The notes under the pieces are model-generated. The model was not told where the DNA came from, searched no databases, and saw nothing but the letters and a program-made list of their open reading frames with translations. Positions 50,070-62,166 of a stretch of 64,000 nucleotides of DNA are shown piece by piece. This stretch comes from the human T2T-CHM13v2.0 reference genome, Homo sapiens. The position numbers and the translations under genes were made by a program. Each line of letters opens with the position of its first letter. Positions within the stretch are counted from its first letter, which is position 1. The stretch lies in the NCBI RefSeq assembly GCF_009914755.1, contig NC_060926.1; one strand, given 5' to 3'.

Positions 50070-52534
50070 GAAAGTCTCAGCTTGGCTCTCAATTCCTCTG
50101 GGGTTCCTTTCCTAACCCCATGAGACTCTTTCCATAATGCTTACCAAGTGCTGTTATAGCGACAGAAGATCTGGAGGGGCAAGAACCACGTTGATTCCAT
50201 TCCCAGCCAGGTCCCTTGTGCCTAACACAGTGCCCAGTAATCCTAGGCTCTTAACTAAATATCAGGTTATGAAATGTACCCAGAAAGGTTGCAAAATAAG
50301 TTCAGATGGCCAAATAGAGCTGGATAATTCTAAATAGATTGCTATTCAAAAACGAAACATAGAGATCTACAAAATTGTCATTAGAAAGTAGAAATCTGGG
50401 CCTGACAAGAATAAAACGAATCTCAGGCATTCCGCAGTTTCTCTTCTCTACACCCTTTCCCCTGTCCCGTGTTGGTCCCTCTTGTTCTCTATCCCCTTTC
50501 CAGAAACTGTGCTGCTATTATTTCCATCTCTTCCACCCTTCTCCCCCTGCCATAGATTCCCATCCCCATTAAAGTTGTTCTTCAAAAGTCGTTCCAACTT
50601 TATGTTAGTCCATGGAGGTCTTTGCATTTTGAATGTTTATCATATGATGAAAAAAAGGATATTTTCTTCCCTGTGACAAGAAATGCAGTTCTGATCATTG
50701 GTGGGCTTGTGGGCAGCACCTTCAAGTAGCCCTGAACCCTGACAGAGAAATGAGAGAGAGTGGGGTAGAGTGAGAGGGTTTGGATTAACTGGAAGATTGG
50801 CCTGATAAAGAGCATTTTCCTTAACTGATTTGACAAATAAATCAAGCATAGAAAGAAAGGCAAAGAAAAGAACACAATATTTCTTAGCTCTGTGTCACCT
50901 GGTATTCTCCCCTGAAGTCAGGAATCTTTCCCATCTCTAATTGTGAGACACATTCACATTCAACCTCGGAGCCTCTTCCCTGCATGCCTGGCAGGAGCTG
51001 CCACACTGTGTGTTAAGCGTCTTCATTCAGCTTCATTCAGAAGTCATGTTGCTCAGTACTGAAACACAATCACCTTAAGGGCAATTTTCCAACAGTTCAT
51101 GTTGATTTACAACATGGAATGAAGACCAGATGAAGTTCCAGGAGGTATTCAGAGAAGACGGGCAGTGATGCATGTTAGAATTTGGTCAGTTTGCTGGATT
51201 GCATGTTTCTGCTGGAAAGAGGCATGGAGCATTGGTAGACTATCAAAGGGAGGCATCCTACTTTATGGCCCCATTTGTAAATGCAAAATTCTGCTAAATC
51301 TTTCTATAGAAAGAAACTGGCAGTGAGGGTGGCTCCATTCTTATACTCCTCAGCAACTTTTTTTTCTTTCCATGACTAGTAAGAACTCACTTTATTTGGT
51401 CCAGAAAATTATGCTGTACCCGCCTTGCTCCTACCAGATTCTTCCAGGGATTCGTGTTTATGATTAAAACAAATAATGACTGTGGCTTTGAGGGAAATTC
51501 TGAAAAAGTTTATGTTGTGGATTTTTGGTGGTGTTTTGGTGGTTTTTATTTTAACCTTTCTGAAAGTTTCTATGGAGGTGGTCCTGAGCCAGTCTTTGGC
51601 TTCCTAAAGACATTTTATGTGATTTGCCAGATGCCAGTTTTAAAGAAGCACCATTAAAACAACTGGGGGGATAAAATGTCTTGGCTCTCAGATGGTATAA
51701 GAGTAGACAGGCAGGATGACTCTAATAGGTTCATGATTTAGAATACAGTGCATTATTTTCCCTTTGTTCCTTCCTTCTATTGTAAATTAATCATTAGAGA
51801 GCTCTATCTGAAGCACTTTTTTCTCACTCTGTATCCCGTTTCAACTTGCCCCATGCGACTGCACCTGACTGTAATTTGGGGAACACAAATTGCAGTGGTT
51901 CAGCACTTTGTGATTCCTCTAATAAGTTAATGTCACTCCTATCTTCTGGCACAATTCAGTTCGGAAGGGCTGCAATGTATCATTAATGCGTTAAAAGATG
52001 TTGTGTTTTTAGGTTGAATACCTGGAATTAGTTGGGAGCCTGACAATCCAAAACACACTTTTTACAGTGCTTGGGAGCCTCAAGGAAGCAATTCTTGTTT
52101 AAGCATCTGCGTTATCAGAGCAGCCCAAGTACTTCAAAGGTCTGTGCAGGATGCTCAAAATAGGCACCTTGCCAAACAGAAATTGAAACACATATACGTA
52201 CTACACTATTTGCCTTACAGAAATTAATTTTCAGCCAGCAGCACCCAGGATTATTTAATATTTATCTTTAGCTGCAGGAAGATGAATCTATTATTTTATG
52301 AGTTGATTTTGCTATTTTACCTGAGTGTTTCAGTCAGTCTTTCCAGTAGGAGGCACTTATGGGCTCCCCTAACCCCTGCCTATCTCCCTTTTCTTGTTTT
52401 TCTAATTTTTTAAGGATTTGGAAGCAAGAAGAGATTTCATTTGTATCACTTGATTTCCCCAGTGGGTTCCCTTGAATCAATGATCCAAGCAAGTTTTAGG
52501 TCTAGGAATGTATCAGTTGAGTAAAGTCAGTAGT

Positions 52535-52712
52535 GGTAAAAGGTATTGAAGAAGTAGTTGTGGATTGCAAGTAAGGAAACCTGAGTTCTAGAGCCCCTCT
52601 CTACTTTTGTGACCTGTGATAGGACACTTAACTACCAGAGCCACCCCTTGTCATCTGTACCTAACTAGTTTAGAGTCAAGTCCCTGAAGAGCTATTTCCC
52701 CTAGCAATTCCT
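52535..52712 (+). mobile_element. MIR3-like fragment
   Basis: GGAAACCTGAGTTCTAG..TGTGACC..CACTTAAC..TCATCTGTA. Confidence 0.6.
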
Positions 52713-54344
52713 GCCTTTCTGAAATGCCACCAAGGCCCAACGGCTCCTCCTTCTGTTGTTAAGATTCTGAAGGACTGTGTACTGTGTTGATTGTTTGCAC
52801 CTGTGAAGTTAAAACACCAAGAACAGAATATGTCACTGTGTCAAATAACAAAATGACTGATAGAGTATCAGGGGGACTTGAGTGTATGAAAAGCCACAAT
52901 ATTGCAAAGTACTTTGTAGATGGGAATTGTTAAATATCAATGGAGCATTGCTGTGTCTGCACCGTCAGCAGTCTTCCCTGTGACCACAGTGAGAGAGATG
53001 CTAAAATGTCATTTCATGGACCACATTATGTGCTGCTTACGATGAATATTCTGGCCATGGATTATTACATTTTTGATAAATTGTAACTTCTTGGACCCAA
53101 ATTTGGTTAGCTTATCTCTAGTACCATTTAAATATCTTAAAAGACTGAATTTGCCCCAAAGATTTAATCATCATTCAGCAGCAGTCTGTAGCCATGTGGT
53201 ACTAATTTAAATTACTGTAGCTATGGACAAGTCTCTATCCAGAAATTAATAAATGCAATTTATAAGGAATCTTAAGTAACAACTAACAATTTAATGCTTT
53301 GTGAGTTTCAGCCAAACTGATTAAATAATTAAAACAGATTTCCAGGGATAGGGGAAGAGATTTTACCATAAAAGAGATAAACAGTTTGGGAATTGTATGC
53401 ATTCTTTTAGACATTTAAGATAATTAAATCCAAAACCTATGTTAAAATAACACTAAAGGTCTGGTTTAAATCAGTAGTGGGAATTGCTAAGTTAAAAGTT
53501 GAACACCATCCTCAATGTCTGCCCCATTGTTTTAAACAAGGCATTTGGGGACTCTCAGAACACTGGGTCAATTTATAGAGCACACTGTTGGTGGGACAAT
53601 ATTGGTCTCAAGCACAAACAAATGTATTCAGTGGAACCTCCTTTTTGTCATGATGTTTTTTGGCTTTTCATGAAACTAAACTGAATGTTTACAATCCACT
53701 CAAACTTGTTCAAACCTAAAATTTATTTATTTACTGTTTTCAAATTCTTATTGAAAAAAGGTAAAGGAATTTAGAAATCATAGCTGTTTTGATTTAATGT
53801 GTAATAAGCATAATATGTACATTTATGTGCTTAATGCAATTCATTTTTGCAATGAATTGTTGCGTGCTTATATATGTACAGTTTAGGTATGGCTTTGTGG
53901 TAGAAAGATTAATAAGGCATAGAAGCACTCTGATTTGTGATGAATAATGATTTTGTAGCCAGTAAGAACAGATGGTAGCTCCTTTGATAGAAATGACCAT
54001 GGGTTACAATACTATGTATTTCTTTAAGGATTTTTTTAGTAATTTGCATAAATGACTCAAAAAGTGTCCATCAATCATCCGTTATGTTCTATCTGTAGCC
54101 TCTGAACCCCAGTGGAGAAAGACCATTTAACCACTTGTGTCAGGGTCTCCCAGATTAAATACGTGAAAGCTGGATGGTGGTATCTACAAGATAGAATGGA
54201 AATATGGAAGACTGTTTTACAAACACCTTTTTGAAGGGACGTAGTGAATGCTAGCTGGTTAAATTTTCACTGAACTGGCCATCTTTTTAGGGGCCAAGTA
54301 GATGAAAATTAAATGTTCTACTGTATAGTAGGTTTGGAATCCAT

Positions 54345-55320
54345 TATCTTCCAAACTGAACTTATCAAATTTTCCTCAAAATTTACTTTTCCTTGCATGG
54401 TAACCAATCATCCTGGTTTGCCTGGAACTGAAGGATTTCCCAGGATATAGATCTTTTATTACTAAAACTCGGAAAGTCCCGGGCAAATCTGCATAAGTTG
54501 ATTGCCCTCTGTTTGAAATTCTCATCTTGTCTTTTCCATCCTGATTAATTATACTTTCACTTATCCAATCATCCTGGACTCCTTCATTTCTTCTTCCACA
54601 TTCAGATTTTAGTGAGTTTCATCAAGTATTTTATTTCTCATCCTTCTCTAGTCTCTTCGTTATTACATTGGGTCAAGTAGTATCATGCTTATGCCTGAAC
54701 TATTGAAGCAACTTCTAAACTGAATACCCCACATCTAGTCTTGTTCTCATTCCAGTCCCCCTTTGACCTAGCTTCCAGTGATATTTAAAAATACCTATTC
54801 ACTTTGTTAAGTGTTCAGTGGTACTTATTACATAAAATCTTAATTTATATACAACACAAAAAGGCCCACCATCATCCAGTTCCTGCCAAAATCTCCAGGC
54901 TTACCTCCATCTGCACTCCTTCCAGCCATCCAGATCCACTTGGGATTTCCTGGGAGCAGAATACTAGTCCATGCTTCTCCACCTTTGGCTGTAATATTTC
55001 TTCGTTTCGGGATGCCCTTTCCAGCCCCTTGCAACTGATTTTTTTTTATGACCCAGTTCAAACACTGCATTCCTTTATGAAATCCTTCCTGCCCTCAAAT
55101 AAAATTGACCCTGACTGATTTTGTGCTAGACTGTGTGTTTTACAGTTATCATGCATCTACAAACACATATTACAGTTACTTGTTTGGTCATTAGTCTTTT
55201 CTTCTAGATTCCTTTCTCTTTTAGTGAAGGGAACCTTATTTATTAGTATTTATTTCCAGATTTTGGTATTAGATATTACACAAGACAGATACTCTAATGT
55301 TAGTGGAGTGGATGAAGAAT
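54345..55320 (+). mobile_element. L2 LINE 3' region interrupted by MER81
   Basis: TCCAAACTGAACTTATCA, TGCCTGAACTATTG..CTTCTAAACTG, pyrimidine-rich body, GAGTGGATGAA-like tail. Confidence 0.7.
54396..54509 (+). mobile_element. MER81 (hAT-Blackjack MITE)
   Basis: GGTAACCAATCATCCTGGTTTGCCTGGAACTGA...CTAAAACTCGGAAAGTCCCGGGCAAA...GTTGATTGCCCT; internally palindromic. Confidence 0.85.
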
Positions 55321-55579
55321 CTCTCTCTCTGTATCATTTAATCTGTACTGAGACAGCAGAGAAATGTATGCAGTGATCTCCAAGGATTTTCACAATGCCC
55401 TTCTCACATCACCTGGTTGAAACTTGAAGTAGTTATTTACCTGCTCATGACTTCACTGCTATATCATCTATTTGCTCATGGAGTAACTTTCAGAAGCAAA
55501 CTGTATGTCCACATAAGACATAAAATCTTAGGTTTTATATCATTTTATCCCCTTACACTGTATTAGCTTTGATTCAAGT

Positions 55580-56125
55580 CTGATGAACACTGTTGACTGC
55601 CTACCTAACATCCATTTCTCTGCTCCACCTCAGGCCTTTATCCGTCCAAAGACAGACCTGTTTATTCCAGAATCCACTGTCCTCCCCAGACCATCTACTC
55701 CTGAAAAGGTTGCTTCTCTTCCCAAGGGGTGGCCCCTGATTGTTCTAAAGCAATGGTTCTGTTCCCCATTGCTACTGAAAATGCTGTGAGGTTTGGGCAT
55801 ATGACATAATTCTGACCAGTAAATGTAAGAGAAGTCTGTTGGGGGTCTTTTGGAAAGGTTATTTCTCACCAGAAAGGTACCCAGGAAGCAATGGTATCTT
55901 GTTCTCTGGATGTGAGTAATAACACTACTGTAGCCATCTTGTGTTGCTGAAGGAGAGCAGTCTCTGGATAAAGCCAGTACTGAGACCAGCATGTGTCATA
56001 AATCAGAAGGAGCCCAATCTTGATGTCATTATGGAGTCTCTGATCCTACCCAACTAGTGCCCTCAATCTCCTTCTTCCAGGCTTGTAATTATGTTACTTG
56101 TGGCTGAATGTCTCATCCTGACACC
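55580..56125 (+). mobile_element. MLT1K-like MaLR LTR
   Basis: GGGCATATGACATAATTCTGACCAGT..GAGAAGTCTGTTGGGGG..TGGAAAGG, GTAGCCATCTTG, TGTTACTTGTGGCTGAA. Confidence 0.75.
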
Positions 56126-56714
56126 TACAAGTTCAGCATTGCCATCTGAGAGGCCAGAGACATTTGCTTAATACTCATTTATATGGTACTTCAAAGGTAA
56201 GAATAAAAATGCTTAAAATACACTTGAAATAAAGGAAGAAGCCAAAAAGACTAGCTGAAGTAGCTTCTAATTCTGTCATCTGTTCAATATGTTGAATGAC
56301 TGAATCAATGAGTGAGTATTTTGTTCAAAGAATTGTACAAAGTGCTTATAAGGAACACATACTCTAAGCAGCCACAACCCTTCCTATATGAGCTAATGGT
56401 CTCGTTAGTGAGCTGGGGCAGTGACCTAAATTACTATACAATAAAGAAAAAAGTAATGGTTATTATAGTAATGATAATGACATAACATTTACTGAGCAAT
56501 GACCATTAACCAGGCACTGTTTTAAGTCCTTCCCAAGGACTTTTTTGCACCAACTGTATTTTCTCTCTCAAATATTTTCCTCCTAGAGTACTTAGCCTAA
56601 AAATATTTACATGCAAGTGCATGTATACTCTCATTCCGTGAAGGAGAAAATACCATTATCTTTCCTGACTTTGTTTTCCTCTCAAGATATCACTTTGTTT
56701 CTCTTGAATCTCAG

Positions 56715-57046
56715 TTTTTTAAAAATTAATAAACTTTATTTTTTAGAGCAGGTTTTTTAGTTCACAGCAAAATTGAGCAGAAAGTACAGAGAGTTCCCGT
56801 GTACCCCTGTCCCCACACATGCGGAACCTGCCTCACTTTCGATGTCCTGTGCCACAGAGGTACATGTGTTACCATCCGTGAGCCTACAAGGACACATCAT
56901 TGTCACCCAAATTTCATAGTTGATGTTCGGTTTCACTGTTGGTGCTGTACATTCTGTGGGTTTGGACATGTGTCCTCCTATAGCGTTATACAGAAGAGTC
57001 TCAATGTCCTAAAAATCTTTGCTCTGCCCACCCACCCCAATCTCTC
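56715..57046 (-). mobile_element. L1MC1/2-like 3' end
   Basis: ACTTTATTTTTTAGAGCAG..TTCACAGCAAAATTGAGCAGAAAGTACAGAGAGTTCCC..GACACATCATTGTCACCCAAA. Confidence 0.85.
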
Positions 57047-57358
57047 TTTACCAAGTTTTTTGGAAAAATAAATAAATGACACCTTGTTCTGCCAGCCTTT
57101 GATTCTTCATATCACATTCATTCTTTGGTCCACTGCACTTATTTTTATCCCCTCATTTTTCTGAAACTTCCTTAATAAAGGTCATCATGGACCAAGATGC
57201 TGAGAGTGCAGTGACCGTGGTCTTGCTGATTACTTCTGTCTTACCCTCATTAGCAACATCATTTGTCCAGTTTCTCTCCCAAGCCAGGAACCTCAGGCCC
57301 CTGCTCGACTCTCATCTTTTCTCTTTTGTCCTTAATTGTTATGTCACTTGTTAATTCT

Positions 57359-57881
57359 ATTTTCTTTTTTAATTTTTATTTTACTTTAAGTTCTGGGATA
57401 CATGTGGAGAACGTGCAGGTTTGTTACATAGGTATACATGTGCCATGGTGGTTTGCTGCACCTATCAACCCATCATCTAGGTTTTAAGCCCCTCATGCAT
57501 TCGGTATTAGTCCTAATGTTCTCCCTCCCCTTGCCCCCCATCCACCAACAGGCCCCAGTGTGTGACACTCCCCTCCCTGTGTCCATGTGTTCTCATAGTT
57601 CAGTTCCCACTTATGAGTGAGAACATGCGGTGTTTGGTTTTCTGTTCTTGTGTTAGTTTGCTGAGAATGATGGCTTCCAGCTCCATCCATGTCCCTGCAA
57701 AGGACATGAACTCATTCTTTTTTATGGCTGCTTAGTATTCCATGGTGTATATGTGCCACATTTTCTTTATCCAGTCTATCATTGATGGGCATTTGGGTTG
57801 GTTCCAAGTCTTTGCTATTGTAAATAGTGCTGCAATAAACATACGTGTACATGTGTCTTTATAGGAGAATGATTTATAATC
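57359..57881 (-). mobile_element. 5'-truncated L1PA (PA8-like) 3' end
   Basis: T-tail then TTACTTTAAGTTCTGGGATACATGTG...; perfect 12-bp TSD CTTGTTAATTCT (57347-57358 / 57882-57893). Confidence 0.96.
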
Positions 57882-57894
57882 CTTGTTAATTCTG

Positions 57895-58555
57895 TCTTCA
57901 AAATTTCTCTTTCATAAATTTCTCCCAAGAGAAACTCAACTTCTCCTGTCTTCCCTTAGGCTCAGCACCTCTCCCCTGGGCTGTGGTATAAACCTCCTGA
58001 CAGATCTTCATGCCAGCCTACTCTCTGAATCAATGTTGGAGTAACTTTGTATGACATCATTCTCTTTCTGGCACTCCCTTGTTTGAAATACTTCAATATA
58101 TTTTTTTCCTGTAGAATGGCATCTCAACTCCTCAGCTTGGCCTGTGATTGTCTTCACAGTCCTGGATTCACAATGCGTCTTGAGTGTCACCTCAGCCACC
58201 CCTCCACTGTGCTCTCTTTTCTACCTAAATAGTCTGTGCTGGAGCATGTGTACTTTCACAGCTCTGTAACTTAGCCTAGCCCATTCTCTCTATGTGGAAA
58301 GCCCTCCCTCTCCTGTCTAGGTAATGAACTTCTACTATCCCTGAGGCAAATTAGAAATGTACCCTGCTCTCTAGCATTCTTTCCAAGGCATTTTTAATAT
58401 ATCTCCTTCATTAAAGCTATTTTTTTAATGATTGTGTCTGATTCTTGAAAATGATTGTGTCTGATTCCTTTGAGACAAGGAACTTTGGATTATTAATCTC
58501 AGTATCCTCTGTACTTGGATCCATGTCTAATGCTTAATATATGTTTGTCGAATTA
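57895..58555 (+). mobile_element. L2 LINE 3' region
   Basis: AAACCTCCTGACAG..CAACTCCTCAGCTTGGCC..TCACAGTCCTGG; ends CTTAATATATGTTTGTCGAAT. Confidence 0.6.
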
Positions 58556-58620
58556 AGGCTTCTGTGGTGGTATGAACAGAGAATGAGGGAGCTTTGAGAG
58601 GGAGCATTTGGTAGGGGAAT

Positions 58621-58765
58621 TTCATAAATTTATTCAACAAATATGTATAGAGGACTTAAAATGAGCCATCCATTCTTCTAGGCACTGTACATAAAAGTGA
58701 ACAAACAGATGAGTAACTTACACTTGTGAGACTTAGCATTCTATACTAGTGGGAAAAGACAGATA
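58621..58765 (-). mobile_element. L2 3' end
   Basis: TTATTCAACAAATATGTATAGAG..TTCTAGGCACTG..AGTGAACAAACAGA..CATTCTA. Confidence 0.7.
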
Positions 58766-59888
58766 CAGTGAGTTTAGCAAAGAACCAGTGCCCAGAATAA
58801 ATGAAAAGATTGGGGTGTAAGACATAGTGAGTGATGAGGGTCAGTGATAAACTGCGCAGTACATGACCCACCCAAAGGCATTTATTTGAACTCCTATTAA
58901 AACGATATCTATAACAGCGGCTACACATTACCTGGCTCACTAAACATATGCTAGGGCTGTATTTGTTCAGTGGATGCCATATTTGTTCAGTGGACACCTC
59001 TTTGTTGTCTTTGTTTCAAAGGCATCTTTGTTCCAGGTCCTGTTGGAGAAGCAGGAATAGGCAGTAGACCCTGGAACCTTAGCAGAATGTATTCAGTCTT
59101 ACTCCCATCAGCCTCGAGGACAGCACTTCACTTTGTCCTACCCTCTTTATCTTGTGCTTGCAGCTTTTAAGATATTTTCTCAGCAGCCACAAGGGTGTCC
59201 TGAGCAAGTGGTCTACTTGTGTTTTTTGGAAAGAATAGCTTGTGAATAGGAATAGAAGGTCCAGCAAGGAGAGCTCAAAGGGGACCAAAAGAGTGTGGGC
59301 TCTCTCCATTCAGAAGTTTTGGTGTGTTAAATAAAAATACCTTCTCCAATCATCTTTTCTGAAGCAACGGAGAACAAATGAATATGCCATTAATATGTAT
59401 GTGTATGAATAGATGGCAGAAAAAAATAATATTTTAAAGTTAAAAAGGCACTTAAAGATAATTCTAGATTAAGCCCTTTGTAAACAGACAGGAAAACTAA
59501 AGTTCGGTTATGTACCTGAATATATTAAGCAGTGTTCATGCTTGTCCATCTGCTTCTCCCCCATGTTGGTAGTCAAGGGTTTTCAATAGCAGAAATGGAT
59601 TGGGGACCCTGACCGGCAAATTGTGTTTTTCCAAATTTCTTTCTTTTTTCTCTTTCCCACCCCCTCATCTTCTTTGTGCTGGTATGTGTTTTTCCAAATT
59701 TCTGTAACCTAAATAACAAGCTCTTAATAAGGAGGAGAGCTATGAAAGAGGTAGCTGGAGATGGGTTTGGGTTAATGTGAAGGTGTGAGGATGGTGCATG
59801 GAGTACATGTAACTCCAGCTTGCAAATTAAAGCCAGAGGCTTGCAGAATTATTAAGTTCTGATAGTGTGTGGGAGAATAGCATTGTTG

Positions 59889-60222
59889 ATTATTATTATT
59901 ATTATTATTATTATTTTTTTTTTTTGAGATAGAGTCTTGCTCTGTCACTCTGGCTGGAGTTCAGTCATGCTACCTCAGCTCACTGCCACCTCTGCCTCCC
60001 GGGTTCAAGAGATTCTCCAGCCTCAGCCTCACAAGTAGCTGGGATTATAGGCACTTGCCACTACGCCCAGCTAATTTTTTTTTGGGGGGGGAGCAGATTT
60101 TTAGTAGAGACGGGGTTTTACCATATTGGACAGGCTGGTCCCGAACTCCTGACCTCTGGTGATCCACCCATCTCAGCCTCCCAAAATACTGAGATTACAG
60201 GCGTGAACCACTGCGCCCGGCC
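59889..60222 (-). mobile_element. AluS (Sx/Sq-like) with (TAT)n tail
   Basis: Both monomers, ends CACTGCGCCCGGCC; the middle linker carries a G8 run. Confidence 0.96.
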
Positions 60223-60231
60223 CGTTTATTA

Positions 60232-60400
60232 ATTTATTCATCCATGTATTTATTTCCCCATTTACAAATGCTGAACTTCACTACTGCTTACTTCTTGGAG
60301 GACATAAGGTGGCAGAATGCTCCTCCATCCCAGGGCTCACAGTCCCATGCAGGAGCCAGGCATGCAGGCAAATTATCACAATGCACTGTGACATGCGAGC
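60232..60400 (-). mobile_element. L2 3' fragment
   Basis: TTATTCATCCAT..CAGGGCTCACAGTC..AAATTATCACAATGCACTGTGA. Confidence 0.5.
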
Positions 60401-60614
60401 ATTCATGTTATTCCTGAAGAAAAGGAAAGACCACCCGGACTCTGAAGGCAGTTTGCTCCAAGTCAAGTGCCATATTAAAAATACTTTACTGTACCCTAAC
60501 AGTGCTGTCTGTGCACTAATAATCCTCTGAAGAACCTTTTTCCCTCTAGCAAAAATAACCTGCTTAGAAGATATTATGAAGAGGTTTTCTATTTCTTTTG
60601 AAGCTATAACACCC

Positions 60615-60890
60615 TCCAAGTGACGTACTCTGTGTTTTCTGTTATTCTGTTCCCGGAAGGACCAAGGCTCCTGAGTCATAAGATGGCAGTCATTCTCCAC
60701 AGCCATTGGCTCCCGGGAAGCAGGCATTTCCATCATCTGCAAAAGGAAGAATTAGCCGCCTGCTTGAATCGACCGTATGTGTGTTGGTTGAGAGTTGTGA
60801 TGAGACGTACCCCTGACAAGAGCTGAGTTGCCCAGCCAGCCTCCCTTTATCAGATGGGCCAGTGCCAATCATCATTGTTCTCGCAAGGTG
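60615..60890. promoter_or_regulatory. Candidate enhancer: STAT/AP-1/CRE/NFI/SOX motif cluster
   Basis: TGACGT (60621), TTCCCGGAA (60650-60658), TGAGTCA (60672-60678), CAGATGG, TGGG-N5-GCCAA, CATTGTT; locally retained CpGs. Confidence 0.45.
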
Positions 60891-62166
60891 ATAGCAGGAG
60901 TTGTTCCCCGTTAGAAGATGGTGGCATTCTGGCAGGGTCACCGTGGTGTTAAGATGCATAGCATTTGTCAGGTTTGCCTAGGACTTCTGGAGGTTTAGTT
61001 ATGAAACTTGTTAATTGAGCTATAAATATAGCTGCAGCCTTTGCCTTCCAGTAAGGCAGTGTGTTAATTTGGGTTTGGCAGGGGGATGGTGCAAGCTGCC
61101 AATGTTATGTTAGGATTAGTAACGTGCAGTACATTTTAACTCCACTTCCCCATGTGCCACGCGTTCCTCCTCTGTTTGTTATCTTTGTGAGGGAAGAGAG
61201 AAGAAGAGAAAGCAAGCTCATCGTCATGGGCATCTTACATTAGGGATATTTATCTGTGGGGCTGCTTTCTACCCCTTAGGTCTCCAAATAGAGTCAGAGG
61301 GAGAAATGAAGAAACCCATATGCACGATTCCAGAGGGCACAGCCGCAGCCTTCTGCCTAAGATTAGTGTAACCCCAGTTGAGAACAGGGGTGTATTTGCT
61401 CTTGCTCCCTGCAGGGAACCCCTCCCTATATTCAGGATATCTCTCTCTACTTTAAGGTGGAAGCGATAATCATAAATATATATTATCCTTTTTATAAAAA
61501 ACACACATAGAATTAGATGTGGAATGGAGTGGATTTATTTGCTTGTTTGCTTGTTTCTTCTTCAATGAGTTATTAGAGGGTAAATAAATGTGTCACTTGC
61601 TCATCTGACTGAGAAAATATGTGAGAATTTTAAACTAGACAGAAGAGCAACTTTGGTTGCATACTTTGTGCTCACAGAGGAAGGGAGGTGAGGCTGATGA
61701 AGCAGTTATTTTCATGACCCTTTAGAGATGCTTGATAAGTATTGAATGAATGAATGGATGGGTCTCAAACAGTTTTAAAAGAGTGGCCTTTACAGATTAA
61801 CCAGATGGCTATGTCTGCTTTCTTTTCTTAAAACACATCAGTGACCTGGAAATAGGTTGGTAAAAATGTGGAATCCTGTTAGTTGGCAGTGTGGTTGAGG
61901 AAAGAACTAACCTCCAACTAAATAACACTGAACTTTTTTTTTCTAAAGCACCTGGCTTGAGTAGAAATATGAGCGATTTAGAAGCCTAACATCCTGTGTG
62001 GGTTTCTCGGGAGACAGTGCTGATTGCATTTCCCTGGTTATAAAATGTTACGGAGAGATCAGCTTGAATTAAATATTCTTGGTTTTTCATTCAGCTTTCC
62101 ACTTCTTGGGCATGTCTCTCACCTCCGATAGGCAGAATTTTCCACTTGTTTTTATTGTTTTGTTTC

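Noticed and set aside
58427-59703. Repeat-spacer-repeat units superficially like CRISPR
   Set aside because: Only two copies each, different repeat sequences, eukaryotic context, no cas genes.
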